Below, piece by piece: positions 63,338-64,000 of a DNA stretch of 64,000 bases; position 1 is the first letter of the stretch, and every line of letters starts with the position of its first letter. Under the pieces are notes generated by a model that was not told the DNA's origin, ran no database searches, and was given only the letters and a program-made list of their open reading frames with translations. The translations under genes and the position numbers were made by a program. Source of the stretch: Octopus sinensis (Eukaryota); NCBI RefSeq assembly GCF_006345805.1, contig NC_043012.1, forward strand, positions 8,680,001-8,744,000, given 5' to 3'.

Positions 63338-64000
63338 TCATCATCATCATCATCATCGTTTAACGTCCGCTTTCCATGCTAGCATGGGTTGGACGGTTCA
63401 ACTGGGGTCTGGGAAGCCCGAAGGCTGCACCAGGCCAGTCAGATGTGGCAGTGTTTCTACAGCTGGATGCCCTTCCTAACGCCAACCACTCCGAGAGTGT
63501 AGTGGGTGATTTTATGTGCCACCGACACAGGTGCCAGACGAGGCTGGCAGACGGCCACGCTCGGATGGTGTTTTTTTTTATGTGCCACCGACACAGGTGC
63601 CAGACGAGGCTGGCAGACGGCCACGCTCGGATGGTTTTTTTATGTGCCACCGACACAGGTGCCAGACGAGCTGGCAGACGGCCACGCTCGGATGGTGTTT
63701 TCTTATGTGTCACCGACACAGGTGCTAGACGAGGCTGGCGGACGGCCACGCTCGGATGGTGTTTGTTACGTGCCCTCAGCACGGAGGCCAGTCATTGCGG
63801 TACTGGCTACGGTCACGTTCGGATGGTTTTCTTATGTGCCACCGGCACTGGTACCACAAGGATACAAATTCCATTGATGTTCATCTATTTTGATTTGGTT
63901 CGATTTGATTTGATACGATTCGATTCGATTCTCACTTGCCTCAACAGGTCTTCACAAGTGTCACAGAAGGAAGGTATGCACAGGTGGACTGACTACGTCC
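63338..64000 (-). mobile_element. RTE long 3' UTR with four ~62-66-bp tandem units
   Basis: (ATC)n end, family core, units tgccaccgacacaggtgccagacgaggctggcagacggccacgctcggatgg at ~63517-63760. Confidence 0.88.

Overview
AT-rich, repeat-dense eukaryotic genomic DNA. The tRNA-derived SINEs, RTE/CR1 LINEs, mariner remnants and long (TA)/(TG) satellites point to an octopus genome; this is inferred from repeat content only. Two conserved genes are transcribed divergently from a shared ~250-bp promoter at ~37.4-37.7 kb. On the minus strand is a complete snf/U1A-U2B'' (SNRPA-family) gene with 6 coding exons (777 nt, 258 aa). On the plus strand is VPS26 (coding exons 1-7, 240 codons, continuing beyond the window). 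The rest is mostly SINEs, LINE fragments, MITEs and satellites, plus a near-intact CR1 LINE and a decayed antisense coiled-coil gene fragment inside VPS26 intron 2. The most striking observation is in the snf/U1A 3'UTR. It holds a U1 stem-loop-II-like hairpin (8-bp stem, C-G closure, AUUGCAC loop), and 9 nt upstream of it a 5'-splice-site-like U1 site locked inside its own hairpin. Both lie between two AAUAAA signals. This suggests an invertebrate, hairpin-type autoregulatory cassette analogous to the vertebrate U1A PIE plus bipartite U1 site.
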